Below are positions 39,432 through 52,372 of a DNA stretch of 64,000 nucleotides, piece by piece; within the stretch, counting starts at the first letter, position 1, and every line of letters begins with the position of its first letter. The translations under genes were made by a program, and so were the position numbers. The notes under the pieces are model-generated. The model worked only from the letters and a program-made list of their open reading frames with translations, did no database searches and was not told where the DNA came from. The stretch is from Trichosphaerium sp. ATCC 40318 (lineage: Eukaryota > Protista > Tubulinea). The stretch covers positions 124,001 through 188,000 of the forward strand of contig JALMLS010000421.1 in NCBI GenBank assembly GCA_038496445.1, in the 5' to 3' direction.

Positions 39432-39958
39432 ATACTTCTGGACACATTTTGGTTCCTCTAGAAGTACCTGTGTTTTTAAACACTGGTTGTTTTTATTCTA
39501 ACGTATTTTAACCTTATGTAGAAAAAGAAAAATCAGCGAGAGATATGTCGCCAAGGCCTTCAATGGAGGAGAATATTTAAACCAACGATTGTACAAAAAA
39601 AAAAATAGAAAAAAGCTTGAGCAACTCTCCTCGCTGTTTTGCCTCTAAATATTAGACGCCTGATAAACCCTAATATCACAGAAGTTTTACAGTAATAAGG
39701 CTTTCAAAGCCAATTATCATATAAAGCAGAAAAGCTGAGGGTTGAAAACTACTTCAAAAAATTTTGACTTCACATCTTTTTTCACCTTGTTCTAGTACGA
39801 GTTTCACTAGGATCAGAAGTTGTTTAATTTCCTCTACTGATAGAAAATGTACTTGTAAGTCATATCCATGTTTACAAGCATTGCTATTTATCACGACTGG
39901 CTTTGACCTATTTTTTTTTTTATGGCACGTGTTTAGTAATCGAAAGCCAACATCAAAA

Positions 39959-40240
39959 ATGGACAACTGCACAACTCTCCGATTTTTAAATGAAGCACCT
40001 ACAGAGATATTAGTACTAATACTACAATTCGTTCCTAACGAATTCATGCCTTACGTTATCAACGTCAGAAATCACAGGCAAAGGCAGTAAGTCTCTATGA
40101 AAATTATACGAAAATAAATGAAGTTGGGCTATTGCACCTCAAATAAAAACCGTTAATTTTGCTCCACAACGCATCTGGTTCGCTAGTCAAACCTCAACTG
40201 ACATTACAGAACGTCAAAATGCAAAGTCACTTATCAAAAT
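39959..40240 (+). pseudogene. Truncated F-box remnant of the intronless F-box/LRR family
   Basis: LNEAPTEILVLILQFVPNEFMPY resembles IDQIPREIWVLILSFMPRACIPY of 54464-55315, but the ORF stops after 43 codons (stop at 40090). Confidence 0.55.
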
Positions 40241-40493
40241 ACTGTATTCAATTGGCTCAAATTAACACAATAATACACAGCTATTAAAAACATGTGCCAT
40301 GATGTGTCATGCAATGATAAGAATTTCCTGTTTTTACCTTTGGTAAATCACGTGATTTCTGGCAGTTGTACTCTGAAATCAAGACAACCTCCATCATTAA
40401 TTTAGATCAGTGAAAATTCTCTTACTTAAGCCCACGTGTTTAGTCCAACACTTCAGTGAGCTTAAATACAATCAAACACGTACACCTTCTTTG

Positions 40494-41408
40494 ATGTCGT
40501 CAAAGTCACACCGCTTCCCCACGCACAAGATTGAAACTCCACAGCTACCGCCAGAGACATTGACGCATATTCTACGTTGTTTAGACAAAAATGATCGTAT
40601 TGCTGCTTCTACAGTCTCTCACATCTTCAACGATATCATTCGTCATAATATAGGATTTGATAATATCAAAATAACAGCTGTACAAGACTGCAACGTTCTT
40701 AAAGGCAGTCCATTGCTTAAAAACACAACAATCAAATGCCGAGCAAAGATTTTCTATCCAGCTGACTCTTTGGCTTGTCTTTCTGGTGTTCATACAATAG
40801 ACCTTCAACATACCTCGATAGACGATGAAGGTATCCTCGCATTAACAAAGGATGCGGATCACAACATTCATAGCATTAACTTGTCCTTTACTGGTGTAAC
40901 AGACGTGTCTTTAAAGGCACTGAGTGGTGTACACACGATCAACATACAGAGCTGTCAGTATATCACAGTTGAAGGCATAAAGGCATTAAAAGAAGTACAT
41001 ACAATACATCTAAAGAACCCTCCAGATTCTTGGTTGAAACATCTTAGCAATGTACATTCAGTTCATATTTCATTCCGTAAAATGTCAGATGAAGGTCTCA
41101 AGTCATTGATAAATGTAAAACACCTTTCATTATACTATTGTGATAATGTCAGAGACTCTGGTCTAAAACACTTGGTCAATCTTGAGTATCTTGGTGCTTT
41201 TGACTGTAACTCTAAATTTGGTGATTGTCTCAAATTTACATTCGACTGTTTAAAGCACATGAAGTCGCTCAAACACACTGACATTCACAGCAGTGGTTTT
41301 TTTACAATACAAGACCTTCAAAAATTGGATATAACTTGGGTACTAGTGAACTCCAATGGTAAGATATATCGATCCTCTAAATTCAAGAAAAGTCAGCACT
41401 GTAAATAA
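40494..41408 (+). CDS. Intronless F-box/LRR (FBXL-like) protein
   Basis: LPPETLTHILRCLDKNDRIAASTVSHIF F-box; LRRs such as LSGVHTIDLQHTSIDDEGI and VTDVSLKALSGVHTINI. Confidence 0.85.
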   Translation: MSSKSHRFPTHKIETPQLPPETLTHILRCLDKNDRIAASTVSHIFNDIIRHNIGFDNIKITAVQDCNVLKGSPLLKNTTIKCRAKIFYPADSLACLSGVHTIDLQHTSIDDEGILALTKDADHNIHSINLSFTGVTDVSLKALSGVHTINIQSCQYITVEGIKALKEVHTIHLKNPPDSWLKHLSNVHSVHISFRKMSDEGLKSLINVKHLSLYYCDNVRDSGLKHLVNLEYLGAFDCNSKFGDCLKFTFDCLKHMKSLKHTDIHSSGFFTIQDLQKLDITWVLVNSNGKIYRSSKFKKSQHCK

Positions 41409-42139
41409 ACAAACAGTTTTCCTTACAAGCTTTTTTCTTAATAGCCTATGGACATGAGTTCTCAAATAAATTCTCTCTTGTTTCTGTTCATCTAATCTTT
41501 ACAATGACAAGTTTTAATAAGTGGCATACTATTTGTAGTACCTCAGAAATTAAGCAAACTGTATGGTATTGACAAAAATGGAAAAAAGGGCGAATCTGCA
41601 TTACAAAATGTGTTTGATATACTTTACTTTTATTTGTCTGCATTACTTGGAGCGGATCGTTCTAAGGCAGACATACAATGCCCATCAAGGGCTTACATTG
41701 GAGTTGCACCAACGCTCCCAATACAAAGAAATACTTTCAGGACACCTATGTGTTTGTTATCCATTCTATGTAAGCCAATAGCAGCCATGTAATGTTTCTA
41801 GCAGTTTTAAAAATGTTGGAATTTGATTTTGCCATAAATGCATAACATTGCTCTTACCACAGAATTCTGTTGCTTCATTCGCTTCAAGTTTGAAGTAAAA
41901 AAGTAAGCTACAAATGCATTTATTTAATGCTGTTGAAAGAGCCTTAAAACAATACGTAAGATTGACTCCGCAACAAATTAGAAGCTCATCGGTTTATAAC
42001 AGTGTAGCAAGCTGCTAGTATTTTTGTGTTGTGTTATGGCATACGATAATTGGGGATGATACGAAGCATGAGATTTGGGAAAAGCATACATAATTCGTGT
42101 TTTATTTTTTCACGTATTACAAAGTAATGCACTGAGCCA

Positions 42140-43206
42140 CTATGGAAACCACTTATGTGCCGAAATAAATCCGCCTATTAGCGTTGGGGATATTTTACCT
42201 ACCATAAAAACTGGTGACGGGGCACATAGTTCTCCTCCAATATGAAAACCAATCAAGTCGTTTCCTGTTTCTTTCTTAAAATTATCACATATTGTTTGAG
42301 CCATTCTTTTCCTCTCATGGAACGCTGCAATCATCCCTGGATCACAATCATGATTCTCATCATCATGTACGAGAACGTGATTGAATATTGCCTATTCATT
42401 ATAAGTTAATAAAATTACAAATGAAGTAAACAGTAAGCACTTTGAAACATCGCAGAAAAAAAAATAGGTTTCGAAAAAAGTATGTCTCGCCGTTTCTCGT
42501 ACTTTTTTAATCTTCTCATTAACCTTAATAGCTTTAATAAACTCTTTTTTAGTATTACCAACAGATGCATCACAGCTTAATACAATAGGATAATACTTAT
42601 ACTCATTTCTTGAGACACATTTAATTTTATACTCCCTCATTGTAGCACACCACTTCTTTATCAAGTGCATCATCTTGTACCCTTCTCTTGATGTTTTAAA
42701 ATGACCCTTTACACCATCAAAATCTTGTTGTATTAAGAAATTACTAGACGAGACAATCAAAGGAGGTGTCCATAGATCAAATACCTCAGTATCTCTAAAA
42801 CCAAAATTAATACAATATCGACAAACTTGACGTCAAGTTTTCATTGAATATAGGACAATTGTGTTTTAAACAAAGGCGGGAAATATGAATTTGTAATTAT
42901 GTACGTTGTTGGAGGTGGATTAAAAGAGAAACCGAAATCCTCAGTGAAGTCTATAATGCAATACTTCCAAATCAACGGTAAACGCATTCTGTCATCGGTG
43001 TGTATCATTTTAGGTGCTTTTTGATACTCTGGAAGCACTGAGAAGTCAAAATCAGCTTTTAGGCGTTTATAGAATACAAACTCTACTCCTTCGCTAAACG
43101 CTCTACTAACAGCGGATACGCTAGCAGTCCCACACAATGGCAAATAGGAGCATATAAGCGTTAAAAGCTCTGGAGTGTCTAAAACGCGTATAACTGACGA
43201 ATCCAT
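42140..43206 (-). CDS. F-box protein with C-terminal domain resembling nuclease A inhibitor (NuiA) (spliced)
   Basis: VLDTPELLTLICSYLPLCGTASVSAVSRAF F-box; three ORF pieces joined by GT-AG introns; C-terminus GFHIGGE...PVFMVGKISPTLIGGFISA. Confidence 0.7.
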
Positions 43207-43377
43207 TGTATTTTTGGTTTGTTTTGGCGATTCCACTGTTTAGGGCGATTGAAGAAAACAAGTTTTTGGAAGGCAAAACGCTTTCTGGCCAAATACTTCT
43301 TCATTAGATTATTCACGTACTCATTTCTGCAGATTTTCTTTACGTACACACACGCGCAAATGCCATTCTAGAAAAAA

Positions 43378-45555
43378 ATGAGTGTAAACGGTCATACAAC
43401 GGTAAGAAAGTCGATCGTCTTGCAAACTAGTCTATAACAATATATAAGGCATCAGATCCGCAATTTGGCACCTTTCCAGAAGAATACTGGCAGAATTTCA
43501 AACCAAGCATTGAAATTCCTTTAAAATGTTTTTATTGGTATAATGATACGTTTTAAGCAAAACTGACGCCATCTATAAGCGTACAAATAGAAAATATATC
43601 CAAACCTGCCAAAACTGCGCCAATTGATCCTCAGCAGGCAATAAAAGATGCGAAGCTTCTTAAGAAGAACATAGCAGGGCTAGGTACACGGACTTCGTTC
43701 GTAACGCACCTACTAACCCTATTATATAGCCAAGCTATTTAAACTATGTCCGCCAGCATCAAGCACGACACCCAAATTAATTACACCGAAAGGTAAGTCT
43801 TAAAAAAGAGCTTTCGCCAAAACATAATCAAAACCGCTTTCAGCGCATTGAAATGAATTATTTATTCCAAAACTAGGTCTGCAAAATCCAAAAAATAAAT
43901 GCTACATAAATGCTGTCCTACAAGCGCTTGTTTGGACTCCTCAATTATGTTTATGGCTTGACCATGTTCTAAAGTTTGTCAATAGAACTAAAACACACAG
44001 TCATGTGCCACCATGCACGAAGAAATTGTACGTTTCTATTTCTAAGATTTATATGACTTTGGTTTTCAAATCAATATGTCACTGGTAGTTCACTCTAAAC
44101 CTAAAGCATTACTATGTGCTTAAGATATTCGCCGTGGAAAATGTTTTCAACGTTATAATGTATCGTTTGCTGACCGATACATGAACTAGAAGTGTTTTTT
44201 TTCTTCAATGATTTTACTTGATTTTTTTTTTTACATCTCGTGACTTACGTTATTTTTTACAGGTTACAGCTTTTTGGGGATCTTAAAAATACTGTAAACA
44301 GGCGTCCAGTTGTACCTAGTTACTTTTACGACTTGTTAGATAAATTTCGTATGCAACAAACAGCACAACAAGACGCTCAAGAATTTTTAACTTTCTTGCT
44401 TGATTCAACTCATGATGAAGCGATAACAGCATTTAAAGACAAATCATCTTCTCTTTTACAAGATAAAGAGCCTGAACAACAAGGCTGGCAAACAGTTACA
44501 GGAAAGAAAACAGCAACAGAAGAAATGACAGTAAGCCCTAAAGATTTTTTTGTGTTGGTCATTTTTTTTCAACATTATGCAACTACAATGTCGTAGAAAA
44601 CGAAATGATTATTGCCATTTTTCGGTTACATTCTATCCTTAAATTGCTTAACTCGCTTTTACTGGTTACCAGCTATTATTGTGGAACTATTATTCTTTGA
44701 AACCTGAGAAAAAAACGTTTTGTTTTTTTTTGTTTTTGTAACTTTCTTCTAGAGCATTGACCAATGGCCAAAATCATATATTTCTAAGATATACCGCACA
44801 TATGTACGTTCACAAATCCAAGAACGTGGCAAGAGTACAAGTAGATCGAATATTGAACCTCATTATACAATACCAATTCAGATACACAACACAGCCGTTA
44901 CATCCGTATGTTTGAAAAAAGCACTGATTTTTTTTCTCAAAACATTCTTCTTTTAGGTTTCTACTGGCCTAACACAGTTTCTTTCTCGTCAAAAACTTCA
45001 AGATTATAAGAATGGTGCTACTATAGTAACTCATATACACGGTCTTCCGCCTGTATTGATCCTTCACTTGCAACGTTTCGAGTTTGGTGGCAGTGTTTCA
45101 AAAGTTAAGAAAGAAATCGATTATCCTCTCTCTTTGGTAATGCAAAAAGAATGGTTATCTAAAGAAATACAATCTAGTAAGCCTATTCAATATAAGCTAC
45201 ATGCAGGTACGCTTTATGTTTGACAAAAGGTCCCCACATCAAAACAAGTGACATGAATTTCTTTTTCTTCTTTTTTTCTGAATGTTATCTTAGTTATCAG
45301 TCATGTTGGCCATACAGCAAGTAGTGGACACTATATTGCACAGGTATTGTATTTTGAATTCATTCTTTATTTACGTTGTATTTATAGGTTCACTGTGGCA
45401 AAGGTGGTTGGATTACATTCAATGACACAAGGTACTTTTTTTTTTTTTTAGTCCATTATCTAAGCGGTTTTTCCAGCGTATTTGGTCCTGTTCCTGATCA
45501 TCGACGTGACCCTGAAGATGCTTATTTATTATTTTACAAGCGTGTAAAGTGTTAG
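43378..45555 (+). CDS. USP10: Ubiquitin carboxyl-terminal hydrolase, USP10/Ubp3 family
   Basis: N-terminal QFGTF (FGxF); Cys box GLQNPKNKCYINAVLQAL; QQDAQEFLTFLLD; LPPVLILHLQRF; His box VISHVGHTASSGHY; WITFND. Confidence 0.85.
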
Positions 45556-46096
45556 AGATCCAAAAAAAATGACGACCACAGCGTTGTGGTTATGTGTATT
45601 ATGTACAGTATTTAGTGATTTAAAAAAAAACATTATTTGATGTTTCCTCGTGTTATGTAAAACTAATATGATCCTTTTACCTTCGATATCAGTTTTCTGT
45701 TTCAGTGAATAGCAGAAGCGTATATCTTTAGATTTAAACGATCTCTAGGCACAACATGCACAACATTTTGATCAACTTGTTTTTTTGTTAAATTTCCATT
45801 TGTATCCTCGAATGTCATGTTTTTTCATCTGTACTAATCCACGTACTACTTTCATTTTTTGATTCATAATATTGTGCAATGTATAAATAAAAGGTTTTGT
45901 TGCAGTTTCATAGCTTCGAGCTTGAAGTTCAATGAATGCAGCGCTCAAAATAGTGCAAAGTGTGGTACACAACCGATTGAAACTCAAAAATAGTCAAAGC
46001 TACCCAAACAACAAACTAGTAACACCATAGCAGTCTCAGACCTGGTGACATTTCCAAACTAGCGAGATATAATAACAATAAGTTCTAAACCCTAAG

Positions 46097-46867
46097 ATGA
46101 GCACCACAAAACAAACTACCTCGCGTGGTAAGAGTAAAAGGAACAGCGAAAAGACAAAACAAGCAAATAGACTAAAACTACTGACGTTACCGCCAGAAAT
46201 CATCGTCTACATCGTTAGAAAGCTTAAAAAAGATCGATTCGCCATGGCTCAGAGTTGTCGTAGTCTAGCAGACATTATACACGAGTATGTAGGCTATCAT
46301 ACAGTCGTAGCTTCAAATGATAACGATTTATGGCGTATAGCAGGTCATAAAGGGCTATTGAAGCATTCTATAATAAAGTGCTGTAAAGACGTTACAGATA
46401 TCGGTTTATACTATATATCGGGAGCACAGGATGTAGATCTATCGCGTACATCCGATAAAGTAACGGAAAACGGTATTGCAAAGCTTGCAGGCGTACATAG
46501 AATCAATCTTACCAGAAAAGAATCAGCAACTGATAAAGCACTTAAAGCTCTCGCAGGTGTTCATACCATTAACCTAACACGTTGCAATTCCTTCACTGAT
46601 GTAGGTATGGAAGCAATAGCAGGTGTACATACAATATACTTAAGCTGTTCACGTGCTATTTCCGATGTCGGGCTAAGAGCTCTCGCTGGTGTACACACGA
46701 TTAGCTTGTATTATTGTCCTAAGGTATCTGATTTTGGTGTTAAAGCTTTGGTTGGCGTACACACTATAAACCTTGCATATTGTAAAAGAGTTACTGATGA
46801 GGGTGTTAATGCTCTTAAAGGTGTTCATAGAATTAAACTTAATGGTTCTGGTGCAACATGTCAATAA
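46097..46867 (+). CDS. Intronless F-box/LRR (FBXL-like) protein
   Basis: LLTLPPEIIVYIVRKL F-box; 25-aa repeats TDxGxKALAGVHTINLxxC. Confidence 0.88.
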   Translation: MSTTKQTTSRGKSKRNSEKTKQANRLKLLTLPPEIIVYIVRKLKKDRFAMAQSCRSLADIIHEYVGYHTVVASNDNDLWRIAGHKGLLKHSIIKCCKDVTDIGLYYISGAQDVDLSRTSDKVTENGIAKLAGVHRINLTRKESATDKALKALAGVHTINLTRCNSFTDVGMEAIAGVHTIYLSCSRAISDVGLRALAGVHTISLYYCPKVSDFGVKALVGVHTINLAYCKRVTDEGVNALKGVHRIKLNGSGATCQ

Positions 46868-47199
46868 ATTAAATACATATAATAAAACTGAGATTGAATG
46901 AGTTTTGCTATCGCTACCTTTTTTGCTACCCTAAGACATGAAGTATATACAGCTTGTCGTTACAGAATATAACTAATGTAGTTTTGAACTAAAACACTAA
47001 CACTGTTAGCGAGCACTGAGTGTAGTATCATTGTTGCAAACAGCGGTAATAAAAAGCAGTTGTTGGACATAAACATAATATATTTTATTTATTTATTACA
47101 CCTTTTGTGCCACTTGTACACTTTACTTATTAGGAAAAATCGGTTCATAACACGTGTTGGAACCTGGAGGTAAAATGGATAATCTCTCAACACGACGTA

Positions 47200-48045
47200 C
47201 TATAGTTGTTGTTTGTGTTGTTTTTGACTTTGATTATGTGAAAGAAAAGCATTCCACATAACACAAACAGAGTTCACAACAAGTGGTTGATATATAGTAG
47301 GTACTAATGTAAAGTTTATAGCTTGTATTGGCATCCATAGCATACAATCAAATGTGAATACATCAATGTAATCTGTATGTAACTTCTCACCAAGTTGTTT
47401 TATATTTTTTCCTTCAAGGAAATTATGAACTGTGTAGAATAGAAGCAATGAAGGAGGCTCAAAAACGAATTGATCCATAGCCACTTTTGTAGCTATTAAC
47501 ATTGCTATGTTTTTAATCGCTATAGGTGGAAGTTAGTCGAGTAAACGCTAAAATGTTAGTTTTGGAAAGAAAAGCCAGCAATATTTTTCAAGTCGAACAG
47601 TAAGTAGCTGGTTACCATTTTAAAATACTCGCGCATGTTTTAGCGATAACAGCGACGAGTTACTAATTAAGTAAACGAGAATTCGCCGGAAAACTGTTTT
47701 GAGAAATTGGTATAAATGGTACTTTAGGTATTACCAGACGCGATTTTTACGCTTGTTGGTTATCAACGAATGGCTATAAAACGTACCGAATTTTTGAGTG
47801 AGTTTATGTAGGAACGGATACCACCATGTACAAATAGGTCCAGCGATAAGTGCACCATACAAAGTAAACCTCGCAGTACGTTTCCAGCAAAACTCTCGTT
47901 TGTTTTCCAATTTTTGTGCTAACGCATCCCCAAACAACCACAAGCACCCATTAGTAGCGCAATTAGTAAGATAAGGTCGTTTGGTTAACATCCACGTATA
48001 AGAGCGTAAACCATTACCAGCAAATCGCAAAGCTATAGCGGCCAT
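47200..48045 (-). CDS. Mpv17/PMP22 family membrane protein
   Basis: RPYLTNCATNG...GDALAQ, RTARFTLYG...GP...WY, KVAMDQFVFEP, WMPIQAINFTLVP...VVNSVCVMWNAFLS. Confidence 0.9.
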
Positions 48046-48645
48046 CGCGTCACGAACTGTTTTTATGTACTATCACAACTTTTCTCACTTGAGCAGTCGC
48101 AGGTTTTCCTCAAAATCGCTTAAACGAGTTCGTTCACATGTAAGACAGTACTTTTTATACACTAGTTGCCTGTTACACTAGTATACATCTGTTACTTTGA
48201 ATAACAGACAAAAATGGAAGGCAAGCAAAGATTCGAAGTTCCTAACCGAAATTGCTTTCAATTTGAGGAAAACGTATTGTTTGTAACCAAATGGCATTGC
48301 TATGAACTGCACTTTCATTGCAAATGTGGTAAAATACAAACTCCGATTTCTGAAATCGTGCCAAAGTCCGAAATTACTTGTTTTAACACTAATCTTGTTT
48401 CTGCTAAAAAGTGGCAGATTACTTTCCTCTCGCTACTCCATAGAACTTATAAGTGATGCTGTCTTTTTTGGTTTTTTTTTCAAATTGGAATGCTTTGTCT
48501 TTTACCTGTAGCAATGAGTATTTATAGCGTGGCGGAGGTGTTTCCGAGTAGTTTTAATCAAATTGTTAATTGCACTTAACTGCACTTCATCGTATTTTCT
48601 GTAAAACGCGCCTACGAAGTTGATGCTTTCACGGCGTTTAGTAGA

Positions 48646-51600
48646 ATGATAATGAAATACAACGTTACAACGTGGTTTTGCCCTTGCTTGCTCTTGTTGG
48701 TATTTTCTTTACCAAACAATTGTTTCTCTCAACAATACACGTCAGACAACCTCATCACGAATGGAGTGGGTTGTGGGTCGTTTACACTTAAATTAGAGAA
48801 ATACCCCACTGGTGTACGGGCTTTGTTGGAAGGCCCACAGAAGCGTCCTTTTGGTATTATAGCGTATGATAACGTACGAAATAGATAGAATAGTGGTTAA
48901 TACGATACAAACTGGTATTTTAGGGTGTAGGGGAGCTTTTCATTGTATGGAACGCTACGGTACGTTGCTTTGGCTCGGGAAATCTGTTTTACCGCCGTAT
49001 TTCATTTGTTGTGTAAACTCATCGGATATTCAGTGCTCACGCGAATACACACTTGACGAGAGCTCAAATGCTTATATTAAAGCGAAAAATAGCTACACTA
49101 CCATTCTGGGAATTCATCGACACCGCAAACGCAATACACGCGTTGCTGCATTAACATGGGACAATGTATGTAGTTTTTTTTTTTTGATTTTCTCAGCGCG
49201 TTTTTTTCCAAACTTCCTTATCCTGGTTTCTAGAGTGACATCACGTCAGTACAATACGTCTCATTGAAATCATCATATATTATTGATATCAATAATGATA
49301 ATACAGTACCAGCAAACGCAATAGACGTTTGTAATTTCGAAAATCTTGAAGAAAAAAATCAAGAAAAAATGACAAAGAGAAAACTTCCATCGACTACGAC
49401 CCCACGTTTTAATGTAAATCCGACGCCATCGATGGTACTGGATGCTTACGTTCCAGCAACGAAGTTTTATCTGTACCCGGATGTGACTGTAGTCACACAA
49501 TACATTGTACCAGTCAATACTGGATATTTGGCTAGCATACAAATCAGAGTAAATGAAGGTAGCAACCCTGATCTTGAGCTTTACCTACACCCGTACGTAT
49601 TTTTTTTTCTTGAGGGCTAGTAATCTATCGAGACATTTCTTCGGAGAAGAGTACCGCAGGACGGATTCTTCTTCTTCTTCGAGAAATTCTCTAGATCATT
49701 TGTTTTACCAAACATGGAAATTTTTCCGCTTTTCTCCTTTTTTGAATGAAACTCCTTTGGAGTTTCTATTGCCCGTATTTTCTCACTACAGTCTTACTCA
49801 TACCTTCATAGAGGTGAGTCTACCATTGGTACTTCACTAGGACCATTTTCTGCTACAGGATTCCCGGATAAAATGCGTACATTCACTTTTGATGATCCAA
49901 TGTTTGTTTACAGTGATTTAATGTATTCTTTCACTGTAAATGGCTTTGGTTTTGCACTTGGTGATGAATCCGACTATCCTCTTGGTATTACCAAAGTAGA
50001 AGATAGTAATGGTCGTTTATATGTGCTTTACGATCGTGATCTACCTTTCCGAACTTTTGTCCAACCAGCTGGAGGTATTATACACAGAAGTGACCCGCCA
50101 ACAACCTTTTCGCCCTCTACAAGTGCCCCAACCTTGAAACCTACAACAGCGCCAAGCACAGAAGCTCCTACTATTAGGTTCAGTCCAGGTGATGGTAGTT
50201 TTAACAATCCACCGCCTCCTTTTGCTTTGAGGAGCCCTGTAACAGAACCTCCTGTGACAGAACCTCCTGTGACAGAACTTCCTGTGACAAAACCTCCTGT
50301 GACAGAACCTCCTGTGACAGAACCTCCTATTGCAGACTATCCTCCTTACTCTAAGGTGAATCAACCTGTTGTACGTCGTTAGCTTCCCAGTCCCTTGTTT
50401 TTTTTTGCTAATGTGTGCAGGTGACTCCTTTTTTGAGTTGTGTTGAACGTCAAGGAGAAGAATATATAGCTCACTTGGGTTGGAGAATTGAGGAAGGACA
50501 ACATGTAAGTGGGGTATTTTGGTTTTTTTTTTTTTCGGGAAACACCGTTTTAATGTTATTACGGAATCCGCCGTTAATCGTTGTTTAGTATTGTGCAACA
50601 CTTGATGCTGGTACTGTAGATAATAAGTTCTCGCCTGGACCTAGTGTAAGTAATGAAGAATCTTTTGTTGAGTGTTATTTTTGGTTTCTTTTGCTCGTAA
50701 CTCCTTTTTTTTTTTTGTTTTGCATACTTATCGGTTTTATTAGGATAGAGGACAACCTTCAGATTTTTGTTTACCTACAAAGTTCTTTCCATCACTGGAA
50801 GGAATAACTCTCACTTTTTCTGGAGAGATAACACAATGGACTCTTGGCGATATAGACCTCACTTTCAGCGCTAATAGTCCTCAGTGCGAGAGTACGTTCA
50901 ACTTTTTAAAGAGGTGAAGCTCATTGTTTTCTACTTTAGATAATGTTACTATTATTATTGAAACAGTACAAACGCTTACTCCTATGCAACTTACATCTTT
51001 TCGTGATGCAATATCAACACTTACAGGTAAGCTACGACCACCAATCAATCAACAAAAAAAACTTCATAATATTGTGTACTAACCCTTGTTCTAGCTATTG
51101 CTGCTGATGGTTTAAGAGTATGGCAAACAGATTTAGACAATGACGAAACAATGTATAAACGAGGTGTAGAAGGGTCACATGTCGTTATGGTGTCTTCTTC
51201 AGAGCCAGGTACATACCATCTTTAATACTGTTTAAAGTTATTAAGTATATTAGGTGCTGTAATGCAGTTTGGCGAGTTCGTCGATAGCAGCTCCAGCGCT
51301 AGTTCTTTGGTTGAAGAAGCAAGGAGTTTCAATATTACCGTAGTTGGTGATCCTTTTACGCCTGTCCCTACGTCTGCTGTTTTTGGTATGAAGCGTGACG
51401 CAGGAGATCCGAAACAGTTTGTTATTTCCAATAAGATTTTCCTTTTTGGTGGTATTGCCGTTGGTACGTACATAACTTTTTTTTTTAATTTCTTATCACT
51501 GTATATTCACAAAGAGTATATATTTTATATTCGGTGACGTGTTTTAACAAAAAATACTGAAACCCACGTGCCAAAAGAAGTGAAACTTTTTTTTTTCTTT

Positions 51601-52271
51601 TTTTTTCACTTTTTATTAATTGTTTATGTTAGGCGTTGTTATACTCACTGGTATTATTGTAACTGCTATAGTATGTACTATAAGGCATACTAAGAAGGAA
51701 ATACCAGAAAGACGTATTAAGACGCTAAGTGATAGCGGACAGGGTGGTAACACAACATCGCGATCTAATAAATCTCAACTATCTCAGCAAGTGAGGGCTC
51801 GAAAGCTTTCTGCTCGGAAGCTCTCTATGAGATCAATTGCAAAATCTGTTGGTCTATCAAAAACACCTCGGTCTAAGAAACATACACCTAGATCAGTGCC
51901 AAAAGAGTGGGACACCACATCAGATACTAGATCTAACAGTTTGAGGTACTTATTTTTTTTCTTTGGAACTTTTTCTAAAACTTCTTCTGTAGTGAAGGCA
52001 TGCCAGAAGAGGATCATGAATGTATTATACAAACGCCCTTCCGACCACCAAGTACTCAGCCTGGAAGTCATGACATGTAAGTGACGAAGTATTCCCTAAA
52101 AACGTTTAACTAACTTTTCTGCAAAATAGCTACTCTGAAAAGCAACTTGTAGATTCTCAAGACTTGTCTTCTTGTTCTTCTTCGACTTCTGGTAGTTCTT
52201 TTTCTGACACATCTGGAGACTATGTAGTAGCTGCTGATGCTAAAGGTTTGCAGACACCGAGCTTTTTGTAA
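48646..52271 (+). CDS. Large type-I membrane/surface protein with Pro/Thr-rich mucin-like stalk (multi-exon, family unknown)
   Basis: Signal peptide (CLLLLVFSLPNNCFSQ), PVTEP repeats, TM LFGGIAVG|VVILTGIIVTAIVCTI, Ser/Arg-rich cytoplasmic tail. Confidence 0.65.
50236..50328 (+). repeat. 15-bp tandem repeat x6 encoding PVTEP
   Basis: cctgtgacagaacct units. Confidence 0.9.
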
Positions 52272-52372
52272 CATATATTGGACATAACATGAAGGCTAAA
52301 AAACCCTTCAAAAAAAAAAACCCACAAAGAGTTTTTTAAACCCCTCTTTATGGTCATGTACATAAAACAATT

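Noticed and set aside
50236-50328. CRISPR-like direct repeats
   Set aside because: Contiguous 15-bp coding units without spacers, in a eukaryotic context with no cas genes.
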